The notes under the pieces were generated by a model. That model was not told where the DNA came from, did not search any database, and was given only the letters and a program-made list of their open reading frames with translations. A stretch of 64,000 nucleotides of DNA from an uncultured Chthonomonadaceae bacterium (GTDB lineage Bacteria > Armatimonadota > Chthonomonadetes > Chthonomonadales > Chthonomonadaceae). Positions 30,189 through 41,537 of the stretch are shown piece after piece. Every line of letters begins with the position of its first letter. Position 1 is the stretch's first letter. The translations under genes were made by a program, and so were the position numbers. The stretch lies in NCBI GenBank assembly GCA_963817895.1, contig CAWFQB010000004.1, positions 800,001 through 864,000 of the forward strand, in the 5' to 3' direction.

Positions 30189-31571
30189 ATGCCAATCACT
30201 CGAATGTTGCCCGGCACGATTGAGCGGATTCGCGCCATGCTCGGTCAGGGCGGGCGTACGCTCGAACTCGTCTGCGCTGACAACGCTGTTGCGCGATCTG
30301 CACCCGTCCGACATCGCCTTTGTTCTGGACGAACTGACGCTGCCCGAATCACTGGCGATCTTCAATCTGCTGGACGTGCCGACTGCGGCAGACGCGCTGG
30401 ACGAGGTTTCGCCCGATACCAACCGCTATCTGGTCCATAACACGCCCCGTGACCGCATTGTGTCCCTGCTGGACATTCTGCCGATGGACGACGCGGCGGA
30501 ACTGGTTGCGGAACTGTCCTCGGAGAAGGGCGAAGACCCCAATCGCCTGCTTGCCGGTTTGCCGTCTGAGGATGCCCGCGAAGTGCAGGAACTGCTGTCG
30601 TACAAAGAGGATACGGCAGGACGGCTGATGACCGACAAGTTCCTGAGCGCAACCGCGCAAATGACGGCTGCGCAAACCATAGACAAGGTGCGGCGCGAAG
30701 GCCGCAATGTGGAAACGCCGTATGTTATCTATGTCGTCAATGGCGGCGGGCGCTTGTCGGGCGTTTGTTCGCTGCGCGACGTACTGACAGCGGGACAGGA
30801 ACAGCCGCTTTCCGCCCTGATGAACCCGGAACCGATTACGGTTGCGCCCGATACGGATCAGCAGGAAGTGGCGCGGCTGATTTCGCAATACGATCTGCTT
30901 GCCATTCCTGTCGTCCATGCGGAAGGCCGACTGCTCGGCATTGTCACCGTGGATGACGTAATTGACGTTCTTGTCGAGGAGTTCAACGAGGACTATCTGA
31001 AACTGGTCGGTTCGGATGCGGAGGAGATGGATCGCCGGACGCCCATGCAGGTGGCGAAATTGCGCCTGCCCTGGCTGATGGGAACCATGCTCATCGAACT
31101 GGGCGCGGGCGTGGTGATTTCGCACTATCGACGACGTGCTGAAAAAGATCATTCTGCTGGCCTCGTTTATGCCCGTGATTTCGGCCATTTCGGGCAATGT
31201 CGGCTTACAGGCGGCGGCCATCATCGTGCGCGGCCTGGATACGGGACACGTCAGCATTGATAACGTCTGGAAGCCGGTCATAAAGGAACTGACAACCTCG
31301 GTCATCATGGCGATAGTCTGCGGAATTGGTACTGGGACTGGTGGGCGTCTTCTGGTCGCATCGCATCCCGTTCGGCATCGTGATTGGCGGGGCCATGACG
31401 TGTTCCATGCTCACGGCGGGATTTATGGGAACCGTAATCCCGATGCTGTCCAAGAAGTTCGGCTTCGATCCCGCCGCCACTGCCGGCCCGTTCGAGACGG
31501 CCTTTCAGGATGTGATCGGTTTCGCCGTCTTCCTGTGGCTGGCCTCCCTGCTGCTGAACTGGCTGCAATAG
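30189..31571 (+). CDS. mgtE: Magnesium transporter MgtE (about three frameshifts)
   Basis: LHPSDIA, DDAAEL, YKEDTAGRLMT, CBS pair, GIVTVDDVID, RLPWL, SGNVGLQ, DPAATAGPFETAFQDVIG. Confidence 0.92.
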
Positions 31572-31802
31572 GAGTTTAACCACGGGGAACACGGGGAGAA
31601 AAGCAGAGGAGAGGACTCTGAAAATTATTCGCGCTGATACAGGAGGAGAAAAGTTTAGCCGCAAATACACGCGAATACACGCAAATGGGAGGCAGGGGCG
31701 TTTTGATGCTCTGGTGAGTTAGTCCGCGTTGAGTTGAAAACGCCCTGTTCTGCCTGCGCGATAAAATGCGGCAAAACAGGGCGTTCTGATGTTTGGGACT
31801 GT

Positions 31803-32461
31803 TCAGGTGGGTGGGCCAAGACTGAGCAGAAGTTCTACAAGAGTAGCAACGCCTTCCGCGCAAAGACATTCGTGTAGTGGTTTGTTATGTTCACGGGCAG
31901 TCTTCGCCAGATTATGCGCCCGTTCAATCGCAATTGGCGTTCGTTCTTTGAGCCAATCAAAATAGAGAATATCGCTTTTTTGTAGTTCTTGATATACTTT
32001 TCCTTCAACTGAATGTAGGTCGCATCACGTTCCAGCCATTTTGTTTGATCTTGAAAATGCAGCAGATACCACAACTCAAAACTCGGGTTGGAGATTGCAA
32101 GCCGAACATTATTGCTTTTCGCGAGATCAAGCGCCTCATCCCAATCCCGCTTGTTATGGTTATAATGTTCAACTCCGTCATAAACCGCCCAAATGCTGTC
32201 TCCTCTGACTCTCTCATCCCAGTCGTGAAGCTGGAATTGTTTTTTACGTTCTGCCAGGGCAAATTCAACGATGTTGCGTGGGTTTGTCGCGCCGGAATGG
32301 TGAACAGGAACTAATTGCTTAGATAGTCTCAAGTCCATCCGAAGGGCATTGAAGTAGCCAGTTTCCGTCTTTGCGCCTTCACAAACGATAACAACTTTTG
32401 GCCTCTCGTCTTGATGCAGAGAAGTACGTTTAGATGTTGATCTATGGAAGCCGCCTGGCAT
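31803..32461 (-). CDS. RloB family (TOPRIM-like) protein; frameshift near 31975
   Basis: IVCEGAKTETGYF, IWAVYD, LAISNPSFELWYLLHF; start overlaps the ATPase stop. Confidence 0.85.
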
Positions 32462-33741
32462 TAGCGCTCTCCTGTTGTAATCAGCGCAAACTCTTCCTCG
32501 GAGGGCAGAACAGGGACTGCGCCGAACCGGCCATCGAAGTAGGACCTGTCAATAGCAGCATCGTTGCGCGGCTTAAAATCACTGAGCGGATAAAGTTCCG
32601 TGCTGCCACTCACTCGTTTTTGTGTGAACCATATCTGGTCCCGACGCAAAAGTTGATTACGCTGAAGCGTGTTGTCGTGACTGGTAAAGATCAGCTGCGC
32701 TCGGTTTGGGTTTGTCTTTGGGCTTTGGAACAGCGTTACAATTTCGCGAGCAATGTGAGGATGAATGTTGGAACCAAGTTCATCTATAAAGATTGCCCCT
32801 CCCGTATCAAATGCCCTGAGCAAGTTGTCAGCAAGGACAAACAAGCGGCGTGTTCCAATGGATTTAAAGTGCCATGGGAACTTTGTGTCCTTCCCGTTGG
32901 TTTCATGCCACGCATAAACTACCGGGCGATTCACGCCTGCTGCATCTAGTTCGAGAGCAATCTCAATCCGGTCAACACCTGTGTCAAACTGACGTACCAG
33001 CGTTGAAATTCTTGCAAGATGTTTCGGCTCTTGATAGGCGCGTTGGGCGGCCTGGTATTCGTCAAGCCAGTCCCATCCATGCCTGAATCCATATAAATGG
33101 CCTGCTATCCAGGATTTATATGTATCTACGACAGGTACGTTTAACCGCATCAAGAGGCCGATAAAAGTATCGCGTTCATGCAGACTGGTCTCGAGTTGAG
33201 TGTGTGACCCAACGAAGAGTTTGCCGTTTTTCCATTCATATTGCTTACTCGCTTCATTCCATGCGCGTTGATAAAGCAACCGATTCCTTTTTGTTGAAAC
33301 ATGGACACTGTACAAACTTTCCAGTAGAATACGTTCACGCCCGAGATGAAGCGTATACGTATAAATCGTCTGTTGGATAGCGACGCGAAGTTCAAATCGT
33401 ACAGGCTCTTTTTGCGTTGTTTCTTCAAGCATAAATGGATGAAATAACTGCCAGTTGGTGGCAGCATCGTCACGACTGACGACCATAAAATCAAGAAGAT
33501 GCCCCACAGCGGAAATGACATTACTTTTGCCGGAAGCATTCGCGCCGAATATACCGAGAACGGGAAGCAGTTCAAAGTTCCAGCCTTCCACAGCAACAGG
33601 GGGCGCAATTTCATCGTCTGGTGTAATGTAGCGCGTCGAGTTCTTTCCTGCCGGAACAGTCTTGGTTTTTTGCGCTACGGCGCTCAATGTGACCGGCTCT
33701 TTAATAGAGCGGAAGTTTTCTACCGTGAAATCTATGAGCAT
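32461..33741 (-). CDS. AAA_21 ATPase (RloA/AbiLi-like)
   Basis: MLIDFTVENFRSIKE, GANASGKSN, SIGTRRLF, IFIDEL, AQLIFTSHD, LRRDQIWF, YFDGRFGAVP. Confidence 0.9.
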   Translation of the reverse strand: MLIDFTVENFRSIKEPVTLSAVAQKTKTVPAGKNSTRYITPDDEIAPPVAVEGWNFELLPVLGIFGANASGKSNVISAVGHLLDFMVVSRDDAATNWQLFHPFMLEETTQKEPVRFELRVAIQQTIYTYTLHLGRERILLESLYSVHVSTKRNRLLYQRAWNEASKQYEWKNGKLFVGSHTQLETSLHERDTFIGLLMRLNVPVVDTYKSWIAGHLYGFRHGWDWLDEYQAAQRAYQEPKHLARISTLVRQFDTGVDRIEIALELDAAGVNRPVVYAWHETNGKDTKFPWHFKSIGTRRLFVLADNLLRAFDTGGAIFIDELGSNIHPHIAREIVTLFQSPKTNPNRAQLIFTSHDNTLQRNQLLRRDQIWFTQKRVSGSTELYPLSDFKPRNDAAIDRSYFDGRFGAVPVLPSEEEFALITTGER

Positions 33742-34006
33742 TGAAATTTTATTACATCCTGATTTGCGTGAAAAAACAACGCAAATCGTGTTCTAAGGTA
33801 TGGTGAATATAGTGTAGCATGGAATTGCCCACAAGTTGTGGGCGATTTTCGAGTTAGTGATTTTGTGGCATAACGACGCGAACATACGTTTAATAGGGGA
33901 ACGCCACTTTCCGCTTTCCGCAGTATTGATAATGGAAAGCAGGTTTTTGGCAACGATTTAGCGAACTCAGGCACACATTGCGAAGAGAATGTTGGGGGTG
34001 AGTATA

Positions 34007-35230
34007 ATGGTGGCGAGTACGCAAAGCACAAATGAAGCGAGTGGCGAACAGGAGAGTGGAATTCAGCGCGTTTTTATTGTGGTGCTGGATGGGGTGGGGG
34101 CGGGGGAACTGCCGGACGCGGACAAGTACGGCGATGTGGGCAGCAACACGCTGGCGCATACGGCGCAGGCAGTCGGCGGGCTGAAGTTGCCGAACATGGG
34201 CAGGTTGGGACTGGGGCATATCACGGCGATTGAGGGGGTTCCGCCCGATCCCGCGCCAACCGGCTGTTGGGGCAAAATGCGGGAAGCTTCGCCGGGAAAA
34301 GACACGATCACGGGGCATTGGGAGATTGCGGGCGTGGTTTTGACGCATCCGTTTCCCACGTATCCGAACGGGTTTCCCCCGGAGGTTATGCGCGCTTTCG
34401 AGCAGGCGATTGGAACCGGGACACTGGGCAATTACGCGGCTTCCGGCACGACGATTATTCAGGAATTGGGAGCGAAACACGTTCGTACCGGGTTTCCGAT
34501 TGTGTATACGTCGGCGGACAGCGTGTTTCAGATCGCCATGCACGAAGAGGTGTTTCCGATTGCGCGGCAGTATGAGATTTGCGAACTGGCGCGGAATTTG
34601 CTGGTCGGAGAACATGCCGTAGGCCGCGTGATTTGCCGCCCGTTTGAGGGAGCGGAAGGCCGTTACAAGCGTACCGAACGACGCAAAGATTATCCGGTTA
34701 TGCCGCCGCCGACTGTGCTGGATGAACTTATGGCGGGAGGCAAGACCGTTCACGCTATCGGCAAGATTTACGAGATATTTGCCGGACGCGGCATTACAAC
34801 CTGGGATCACACGACCAACAATCCTGACCATATTGCCGCGCTGCTTCGCGCCGCGCAAACCAACGACAGCGATCTGATTTTTGCCAATCTGGAAGATTTC
34901 GACATGCTGTACGGACATCGCAATGATCCGCAGGGACTGGCGAACGCGCTGGAAGAATGGGACGCGGCCCTGCCCGCCATTCTCGACGCGCTGCGACCGG
35001 GCGACCTGTTGTTCCTTACCGCCGATCACGGCAACGACCCGACAACGCCCTCGACCGACCATTCCCGCGAGTATCCGTTTCTGCTGGCGTATGGCCCGAC
35101 ACTGCGCAAGGGGATTGATGCAGGCATCCGTTCCACCTACGCCGACCTTGCCGCCACCGTACGCGACGCCTTTCAACTCCCCCCCGGCGAACACGGCGCG
35201 AGCCTGCTCCCGGCAATCATTCCATCGTGA
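34007..35230 (+). CDS. deoB: Phosphopentomutase
   Basis: RVFIVVLDGVGAG, GKDTITGHWE, YTSADSVFQIA, DFDMLYGHRND, TADHGNDPT, TDHSRE; exact start uncertain. Confidence 0.95.
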   Translation: MVASTQSTNEASGEQESGIQRVFIVVLDGVGAGELPDADKYGDVGSNTLAHTAQAVGGLKLPNMGRLGLGHITAIEGVPPDPAPTGCWGKMREASPGKDTITGHWEIAGVVLTHPFPTYPNGFPPEVMRAFEQAIGTGTLGNYAASGTTIIQELGAKHVRTGFPIVYTSADSVFQIAMHEEVFPIARQYEICELARNLLVGEHAVGRVICRPFEGAEGRYKRTERRKDYPVMPPPTVLDELMAGGKTVHAIGKIYEIFAGRGITTWDHTTNNPDHIAALLRAAQTNDSDLIFANLEDFDMLYGHRNDPQGLANALEEWDAALPAILDALRPGDLLFLTADHGNDPTTPSTDHSREYPFLLAYGPTLRKGIDAGIRSTYADLAATVRDAFQLPPGEHGASLLPAIIPS

Positions 35231-35381
35231 AATTTGGTATTCAGCAGGGGGGCGGCTGATAGTCTTGCCGCGTATAAGCAAACGTGTGCCTGTTGCGGAG
35301 TTGCGCATCGGCAGTTTCGGCTGCCTGTCTGACACTACACGGTACTATGCAGCATAGTGTCAGACAAGAGCGCAGCAAATT

Positions 35382-36350
35382 CTACCAGGCGTAATCTTCG
35401 GGGGCGGTTTTCTTGCCGGGGAAGATTTCGTTGAGCTTCTGGTTGGTTTCCTCCGAGAGAGTGATTTCGAGGGAACGGATTTGGCCTTCCAGTTGCTCCT
35501 GTGTGCGCGGGCCGATGATGGGCGCGGTTATGGCCGGGTTTTGCAGCATCCAGGCAATGGCGACATCGGCGGGCTTTTCGCCCAGTTCACGGCACAAGCC
35601 TTCCCACGCCTCGATTGCAGTCCGGTTCTTTTCCAGTTGCTTTTGAACGCCCTCGCCTGCCCGTCGCCCCTGATTCTCCTTTTCAATCACGCCGCCGAGC
35701 AACCCGCCGGCAAGCGGACTCCACGGAATGATGCCCACGCCGTATTTTTCGGAAGCGGGAATCACTTCCAGTTCGATATTGCGGTTGAGCAGGTGATAGA
35801 TGGATTGCTCCGAAATCAGTCCGAGCGTGTTCCGTCGTTTCGCCGCTTCGTTGGCCTGTACGATATGCCAGCCCGCGAAGTTGGACGAGCCGACGTACAG
35901 GATTTTGCCCTGCGCAATGGCGACCTCGAACGCTTCCCACAGTTCGTCCCAGGGCGCGTCCCGCCAGATATGGTGCATCTGGTACAGGTCAATGTAATCG
36001 GTTTTTAACCGGCGGAGGCTGTTGTCAAGTTCGCGGCGAATGGTCAGTTTGTTGAGACGGTTCTGGTTGGGCCAGTCGCCCATATCGCCGTAAAGTTTTG
36101 TCGCGATAATTACTTTCTCGCGCCGTCCGCCGCCCTGCGCCCACCATCTGCCGACGATCTGCTCCGTGACGCCTTCGCCCTTTTTCCAGCCGTAGACATT
36201 GGCGGTATCGAAGAAGTTGATGCCCAGGTCAAGGGCTTTGTCCATGATCTTGTAGCTGTCTTCTTCACTGGTCTGCGGCCCGAAGTTCATTGTACCCAGG
36301 CACAGCCGGCTCACTTTCAGCGCGGTACGCCCCATGTTTGTATACTGCAT
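35382..36350 (-). CDS. Aldo/keto reductase
   Basis: LCLGTMNFG, FFDTANVY, DYIDLYQMH, PWSPLAGG. Confidence 0.93.
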   Translation of the reverse strand: MQYTNMGRTALKVSRLCLGTMNFGPQTSEEDSYKIMDKALDLGINFFDTANVYGWKKGEGVTEQIVGRWWAQGGGRREKVIIATKLYGDMGDWPNQNRLNKLTIRRELDNSLRRLKTDYIDLYQMHHIWRDAPWDELWEAFEVAIAQGKILYVGSSNFAGWHIVQANEAAKRRNTLGLISEQSIYHLLNRNIELEVIPASEKYGVGIIPWSPLAGGLLGGVIEKENQGRRAGEGVQKQLEKNRTAIEAWEGLCRELGEKPADVAIAWMLQNPAITAPIIGPRTQEQLEGQIRSLEITLSEETNQKLNEIFPGKKTAPEDYAW

Positions 36351-36454
36351 CGTGATCTCCCCTCCAAAATTTTGCTTTCACAGAGTATACGCGCCAAGGG
36401 GCATAGTGTCTGCACGGATCAGAAGGATGTACAGATCGCCTGGTTGTCGCTAAC

Positions 36455-37288
36455 CTATCGGCTTCCTGCCGGTTGCGGCGTCTGTGTTCTTCGCCTGAAA
36501 AGGGGCAGCCATTTTGTCTCCGAGCGCCCCTCCAGCGCCTTCTCAGGCTGATATCGCGTTACCAACCTGCCCAGGGTGAAGCCATAGACAATATGACCGA
36601 TCAGGCTCAGAATGAAGCTCTTGAGATTGAGAACAAACAGCATCTCCTCCCCTCGCGGAGAAATCTTCAGCGTCGCCAACAGACACAGCCAGATGAACAC
36701 TCCGAATGTCACCCCGATCTGAGAAAGGCGCTTTGCATCCAGACCCAACCGCAGATTCTGAGGCAGGCTCTGGCGGATCAGCGAGAAGGCAGCCACAAAG
36801 GCCATTCCCATTCCGCCTCCATTGCCCAGGTAACGCCACAGATACCCCACTGCCACATGACGCTGACCATCGCTCAAAAGCCAGCCGCCGATCCTGGGAA
36901 CGAAGTCGCTCCACAACCCTGCCAGAATGAAGGGCAGACGGACCGCATCGTAGCAGGTGACGGCGATAATGCCCATCAGAAACCCTCGCAGCATCAGTTT
37001 CCCATAAGCAGGCGAAACTACCCCCATCACCAGAGCAACGATCACCGCAGGAATAACAAGGAGCAGAGTTCCTATCGGAAGCGTTCCGACGCCGATGACG
37101 GCGAGGGCGAGAGCGGTGATGGGCGCAAAGCCGATCCCAAGCATCGCCGCCGCTCCGATCCAATCCTGATGCACCAACAGGGGCTGGTTGCGCGCGACCG
37201 TTGATTTAAGGTTTGCGTTGCCGGTGAGGAGCGAGGCGGAATGAGGGGGAGCTGTCAGGTTATTGACGTTGCTGTTGTTGGCGTTCAT
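36455..37288 (-). CDS. Multi-pass membrane hypothetical protein
   Basis: About six hydrophobic segments; AAGGA RBS. Confidence 0.65.
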   Translation of the reverse strand: MNANNSNVNNLTAPPHSASLLTGNANLKSTVARNQPLLVHQDWIGAAAMLGIGFAPITALALAVIGVGTLPIGTLLLVIPAVIVALVMGVVSPAYGKLMLRGFLMGIIAVTCYDAVRLPFILAGLWSDFVPRIGGWLLSDGQRHVAVGYLWRYLGNGGGMGMAFVAAFSLIRQSLPQNLRLGLDAKRLSQIGVTFGVFIWLCLLATLKISPRGEEMLFVLNLKSFILSLIGHIVYGFTLGRLVTRYQPEKALEGRSETKWLPLFRRRTQTPQPAGSR

Positions 37289-37593
37289 GAGCAAGAGTCC
37301 TTGTAAGCGTATAGGCGCAGGTTCTCAGGTATTGACAGGAACTCGCCGTTGCAAATCGGAAAGGCGACATTGCGCGAATTATATACATTTCCTTGCTTTT
37401 AAGCCAATCTCCTGCAAGTTTACAAAGAATATGGTATTTATTCTGGCTTTCACTTGGCGTTCGCTTGTGAACATCCCCTCTCCCCAAATGCCTGAGAGGG
37501 GAGAATAGTTACAGAATAGGGTAACAATTCGTTTCCGCGCGCATCCACGATTGAACAAATGACGTGCTTTGAACTATTTGAAGCCGGAGAGAA

Positions 37594-39753
37594 TCAGGCG
37601 CTATGCAGCAAGGAGATAACTGCATCGCCATACGCTTCCAGTTTGCGCGGCCCGATGCCTGCGATATGCTGCATAGTTTCCAGCGAATCGGGATTGAGTT
37701 GAGCAATGGATCGCAGCGTGGCGTCATGGAAAATAACATACGGCGGCAGGTTCTGGCGGTCAGCCTCAATGCGCCGCCATGCCCGCAGTTTTTCAAACCG
37801 GTCGTCTTCGTCGGCATCGTAGGGCGCATCCGTTTGCGAAACCTGTGTGGAATTGTCCGAGGAAGCGCGAATTGCGCCGCGCGTTCCTGTCGCGTTTTTG
37901 GAAGTGTTTTTCAGGGGATTGGCAAGGATTTCGTTCTGCTCATCCAGCGCGTCATGGCCTGCTCTGGTCAGGGCAAGGAGGGGATAATCGCCCTCCTGAT
38001 TGAGACGCAGCCATTCCTCCGTAACCAGCGTATCGAGAAACCCGCGCAGGGTTTTCAGGGTAAACCCGGCAAGCGCGCCATGATTACGGCAGCGGGCGGC
38101 AGGAACGGGACTGTCTGCCGCCCCGGTCAGCACTTTGGCAATGCCCGTTCGCCCAAGCGGAAATGGCAGGGAGGCAAGGCACTCCAATATCACGCGCCCG
38201 ACATCGGGAACCTGCGCGGATGTGGGAGCCGCTATGCGAACTGCCGCTTCCTGTACGCTGATCTGGGACGCGGTTCCCCGGCACTGGTCGCAGGCGTCGC
38301 CGCAGGGATCGAGCGTCTGGTCGAAGTGGCGCGACAGGGATACGTGGCGGCACTGCGAACCTTCGGCGTAGCCCATCATATCGGCAAGGCGGCGCTCCTC
38401 ATGGTCGCGGCGCGATTGCAGCAGAGTGTCGAGTTCGGCGCGGGCGGTCGGCGGGGCAGGCGGTATCTCAATCTGGAAGGCGTAGCCGCTTTCCAGATGC
38501 CGACGGGCCAGCCCGCAGCGTTCCAGCATGGAAATGGCGACGCGCAGCCGGGTGGCATGGTTCGGATCGTTCGCTTCCGCGCCGAACACTTCCCGCTGTA
38601 TTTCGTCGGGCGACACAAAGCCGGTTCCCCGTCCGATACGCGCTTTTAATATCCGGTACGTATCGCGCACATCGGGCAATGTCACCTCGTTTTGCCGTTT
38701 CCAGCGGTTCAGGTTGGTTTTATCGCTGCCCGCGATCAGCAGAACACAACGGGACAATTTGCCGTCGCGCCCCGCCCGTCCCGCCTCCTGCGTGTACGCT
38801 TCCAGCGACTCAGGTAAGGTGAAATGTACGACAAAACGCACGTTTGCCTTGTCCACGCCCATGCCGAACGCGACGGTTGCCACCATCACGCGGGCATTGC
38901 CGAGCATGAACCGCTCCTGCGTTTCCCGGCGCGTTTCCCTGTCCAGTCCCGCATGATAAAAGGCGGCGGAAATTCCCTGCTTGTTTAGCAGTCCGGTCAG
39001 TTGTTCGCACCGGTCGCGGGAATTGGCGTAAACGATACCCGCTCCGGGCGTTTCCTTACAGACGGTGACTAATCTGCGCATTTTTTCATCGGCATTGCCG
39101 CAGGGGAACACCTCCATGCGCAGATTGGGCCGGAACAGGGGCGCGGTGACAGGCTGAAGTTCGCGCCCCAATTGCTTGCCGATTTCGGACTGCATTTCGG
39201 TTGTCGCCGTTGCCGTTAGCGCAAGCACGGTTGGCGGCTGACCGCTTTCGTCCAGCAGTTCAATAGCCTTGCGGATGAATAGGTAGTCCGGGCGAAAATC
39301 GTGGCCCCATACGCTGATGCAGTGCGCTTCGTCTATCACGACAAGCGACAGCCCGACGCGCTGCAACAGGCGCAAAAATTCCTGCTGACGCAAACGTTCC
39401 GGCGCGGCATAAATCAGCCGGTACGTTCCTGTCTCGATTCCTTCCAGTCGCCGCGTCACTTCGGCAAAGTCCAGACTGCTGTTAATCAGAGTGGCTTGCG
39501 GGTACACGGCAGGCGGCAGGCCATCCAGTTGATCCTGCATCAGCGCGATGAGTGGAGATATGACAAGGGTAGGGTGGGGCAGCAGTAACGCCGGCAACTG
39601 GTAGCACAGCGATTTGCCCGCGCCCGTCGGCAGAACGCCCAATGTGTCCTGTCCCGCCATCACCTGCCGGATAATATCTTCCTGATAAGGCCGAAATTCG
39701 GCATGTCCGAAATTCGCTTCCAGCGCGGCGCGTAAATCTGTCATGGCCCTCAT
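37594..39753 (-). CDS. recQ: RecQ family DNA helicase with RQC and HRDC domains
   Basis: LPTGAGKSLCYQLP, DEAHCIS.WGHDFRPDY, ATVAFGMGVDK, QEAGRAGRDG, PYVIFHDATL. Confidence 0.93.
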   Translation of the reverse strand: MRAMTDLRAALEANFGHAEFRPYQEDIIRQVMAGQDTLGVLPTGAGKSLCYQLPALLLPHPTLVISPLIALMQDQLDGLPPAVYPQATLINSSLDFAEVTRRLEGIETGTYRLIYAAPERLRQQEFLRLLQRVGLSLVVIDEAHCISVWGHDFRPDYLFIRKAIELLDESGQPPTVLALTATATTEMQSEIGKQLGRELQPVTAPLFRPNLRMEVFPCGNADEKMRRLVTVCKETPGAGIVYANSRDRCEQLTGLLNKQGISAAFYHAGLDRETRRETQERFMLGNARVMVATVAFGMGVDKANVRFVVHFTLPESLEAYTQEAGRAGRDGKLSRCVLLIAGSDKTNLNRWKRQNEVTLPDVRDTYRILKARIGRGTGFVSPDEIQREVFGAEANDPNHATRLRVAISMLERCGLARRHLESGYAFQIEIPPAPPTARAELDTLLQSRRDHEERRLADMMGYAEGSQCRHVSLSRHFDQTLDPCGDACDQCRGTASQISVQEAAVRIAAPTSAQVPDVGRVILECLASLPFPLGRTGIAKVLTGAADSPVPAARCRNHGALAGFTLKTLRGFLDTLVTEEWLRLNQEGDYPLLALTRAGHDALDEQNEILANPLKNTSKNATGTRGAIRASSDNSTQVSQTDAPYDADEDDRFEKLRAWRRIEADRQNLPPYVIFHDATLRSIAQLNPDSLETMQHIAGIGPRKLEAYGDAVISLLHSA

Positions 39754-39904
39754 GCTCCCGTACCCTAAACTTAGTAGTTCGATTAGTTTGTCTACTCTAT
39801 TGTAGCACGGGCTGTTCATTCGTTTTGCAGGATTTTGCGCAAGAGATGGTTAAATCAATACCATTCGAGAAGGTCATTTTTGCCGTTCAAAATAAGGGAT
39901 CAAA

Positions 39905-40984
39905 ATGAGAATGTTTCACGCGAAGTTTGTGGGAATGTTTGTAGCCATGTCCGCTATTTGTTGCCTTGCGTCTGGAAAATTACCCGCGCAAAAAGCGGAA
40001 ACGCCGAAGGGGGAACAGGCGGTATTGGAACGCATATCCGCAAATTCGCTGCGCGGGCATCTCTCCTTTCTCGCCTCCGATCTTTTGGAGGGCAGGGCAA
40101 CGCCCTCGCGGGGATTGGATTTAGCGGCAGAGTACATTGCGGCGCAGTTTCGGCGGGCGGGACTGGAACCGGCGGGGGATGACGGCTATTTTCAAACCAC
40201 CATGCTGACGGCGCGGGGTTCCGACAAGCCGGAAAAAGTTCGCAATGTGATCGGGGTTCTGCGCGGTTCTGACCCGGCGCTGAAGGACACGTATATTCTG
40301 CTGACCGCTCATTACGACCATCTTGGTATGCGTCCTAACCCAGACGGAACCGGGCCAGCCACGATCTTCAATGGCGCAAACGACGATGGCAGCGGAACCG
40401 TGTCCGTGATTGAACTGGCGTCTGCATTGAGCGAAATGAAAACGCGCCCGCGCCGCTCCATCGTCTTTATGACCTTTTTTGGCGAAGAACGTGGCCTGCT
40501 CGGTTCCCGCTATTACGGGGCGCATCCGGTTTTCCCGGTCGCGAAAACCATTGCCGATATCAACCTTGAACAGATCGGACGCACGGACGATACGGAAGGG
40601 CCGCGCGTTGCGGGCGTGTCCATGACCGGCTTCGATTTTTCTGATCTCGGCGCGATCTTTCAGAAAGCCGGGAAGTCTGTCGGGGTTGAGGTCAGCAAGC
40701 ACCCGCGCAACAGCGACGCCTTTTTCGCCCGCAGCGACAATCAGGCAATGGCGGATTTGGGCGTACCCGCGCACACGCTTTGCACAGCCTATATGTTTCC
40801 CGATTATCACCGGCCCGGCGACCACTGGGAAAAAGTAGATTATGACAACATGGCAAAGGTAGACCGCATGGTAGCGCTTGGACTGCTGACGCTCGCCAAT
40901 TCCCCAAAAGAACCGATGTGGAACCCGGCCAATCCGAAAGCCACTCGCTATCTGCAAGCCTGGAAAACTCTGCACGGCGGATAA
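39905..40984 (+). CDS. Secreted M28 family metallopeptidase
   Basis: Signal peptide; AHYDHLG, NGANDDGSG, GEERGLLGS, DYH. Confidence 0.92.
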   Translation: MRMFHAKFVGMFVAMSAICCLASGKLPAQKAETPKGEQAVLERISANSLRGHLSFLASDLLEGRATPSRGLDLAAEYIAAQFRRAGLEPAGDDGYFQTTMLTARGSDKPEKVRNVIGVLRGSDPALKDTYILLTAHYDHLGMRPNPDGTGPATIFNGANDDGSGTVSVIELASALSEMKTRPRRSIVFMTFFGEERGLLGSRYYGAHPVFPVAKTIADINLEQIGRTDDTEGPRVAGVSMTGFDFSDLGAIFQKAGKSVGVEVSKHPRNSDAFFARSDNQAMADLGVPAHTLCTAYMFPDYHRPGDHWEKVDYDNMAKVDRMVALGLLTLANSPKEPMWNPANPKATRYLQAWKTLHGG

Positions 40985-41033
40985 TCTAGTACAAACCGGG
41001 TGGCGGGCAGATTGACCTCCTCGTTTGCTTCCG

Positions 41034-41439
41034 CTATTCCTCCAGAAACGGCAGGCGCAACGCTTCCCGCAACGCGCGCAGTTCCTGCTTATGGCGGTAG
41101 GAGAGCCTGGCTAATATTTCTTCCCCTTTTGGTGTCAGCAACACGCGAACCTGACGCCGATCCTCACTGTCCGGCGCGCGCAGCGCCAATCCCGCCACTA
41201 CGCAGCGATTTACCAGACCAACCGCCGCATTATGCCGAATCTTGCAAGAACTCGGCAAGATCGGAAACGGACGCCCAATCCCGGCCTGCCTGCCCCTTCA
41301 CTGCCAGTAGCAACTGGTGTTGCTGTGGCGTCAATCCCTCGGAGCGCGCAGCCGTCTCGCTGAACCTCAGAAATCTGCGCATGCTTGCGCGAAATGTCGC
41401 CAAAGCTTCGTAATCCGCCTTTGTGACCTGTTCCGACAT
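41034..41439 (-). CDS. MarR family transcriptional regulator; frameshift near 41240
   Basis: GLTPQQHQLLLAV...LAEFLQ / IRHNAAVGLVNR...DRRQVRVLLT; divergent from the ClC gene. Confidence 0.85.
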
Positions 41440-41537
41440 GTCTCAGTCCTCCAATCTGCTGAAAATTATATCGCATTGTGATATAATTTAGTGTCTGCTT
41501 TTCCACATTCACGATTTTATACCCAGGAGGGTAACAG

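Noticed and set aside
33890..35335. Long antisense ORFs (also 24564..26087, 47996..49081, 56720..57787, 10042..11010)
   Set aside because: Shadow ORFs opposite well-supported genes in GC-rich DNA, with no recognisable motifs
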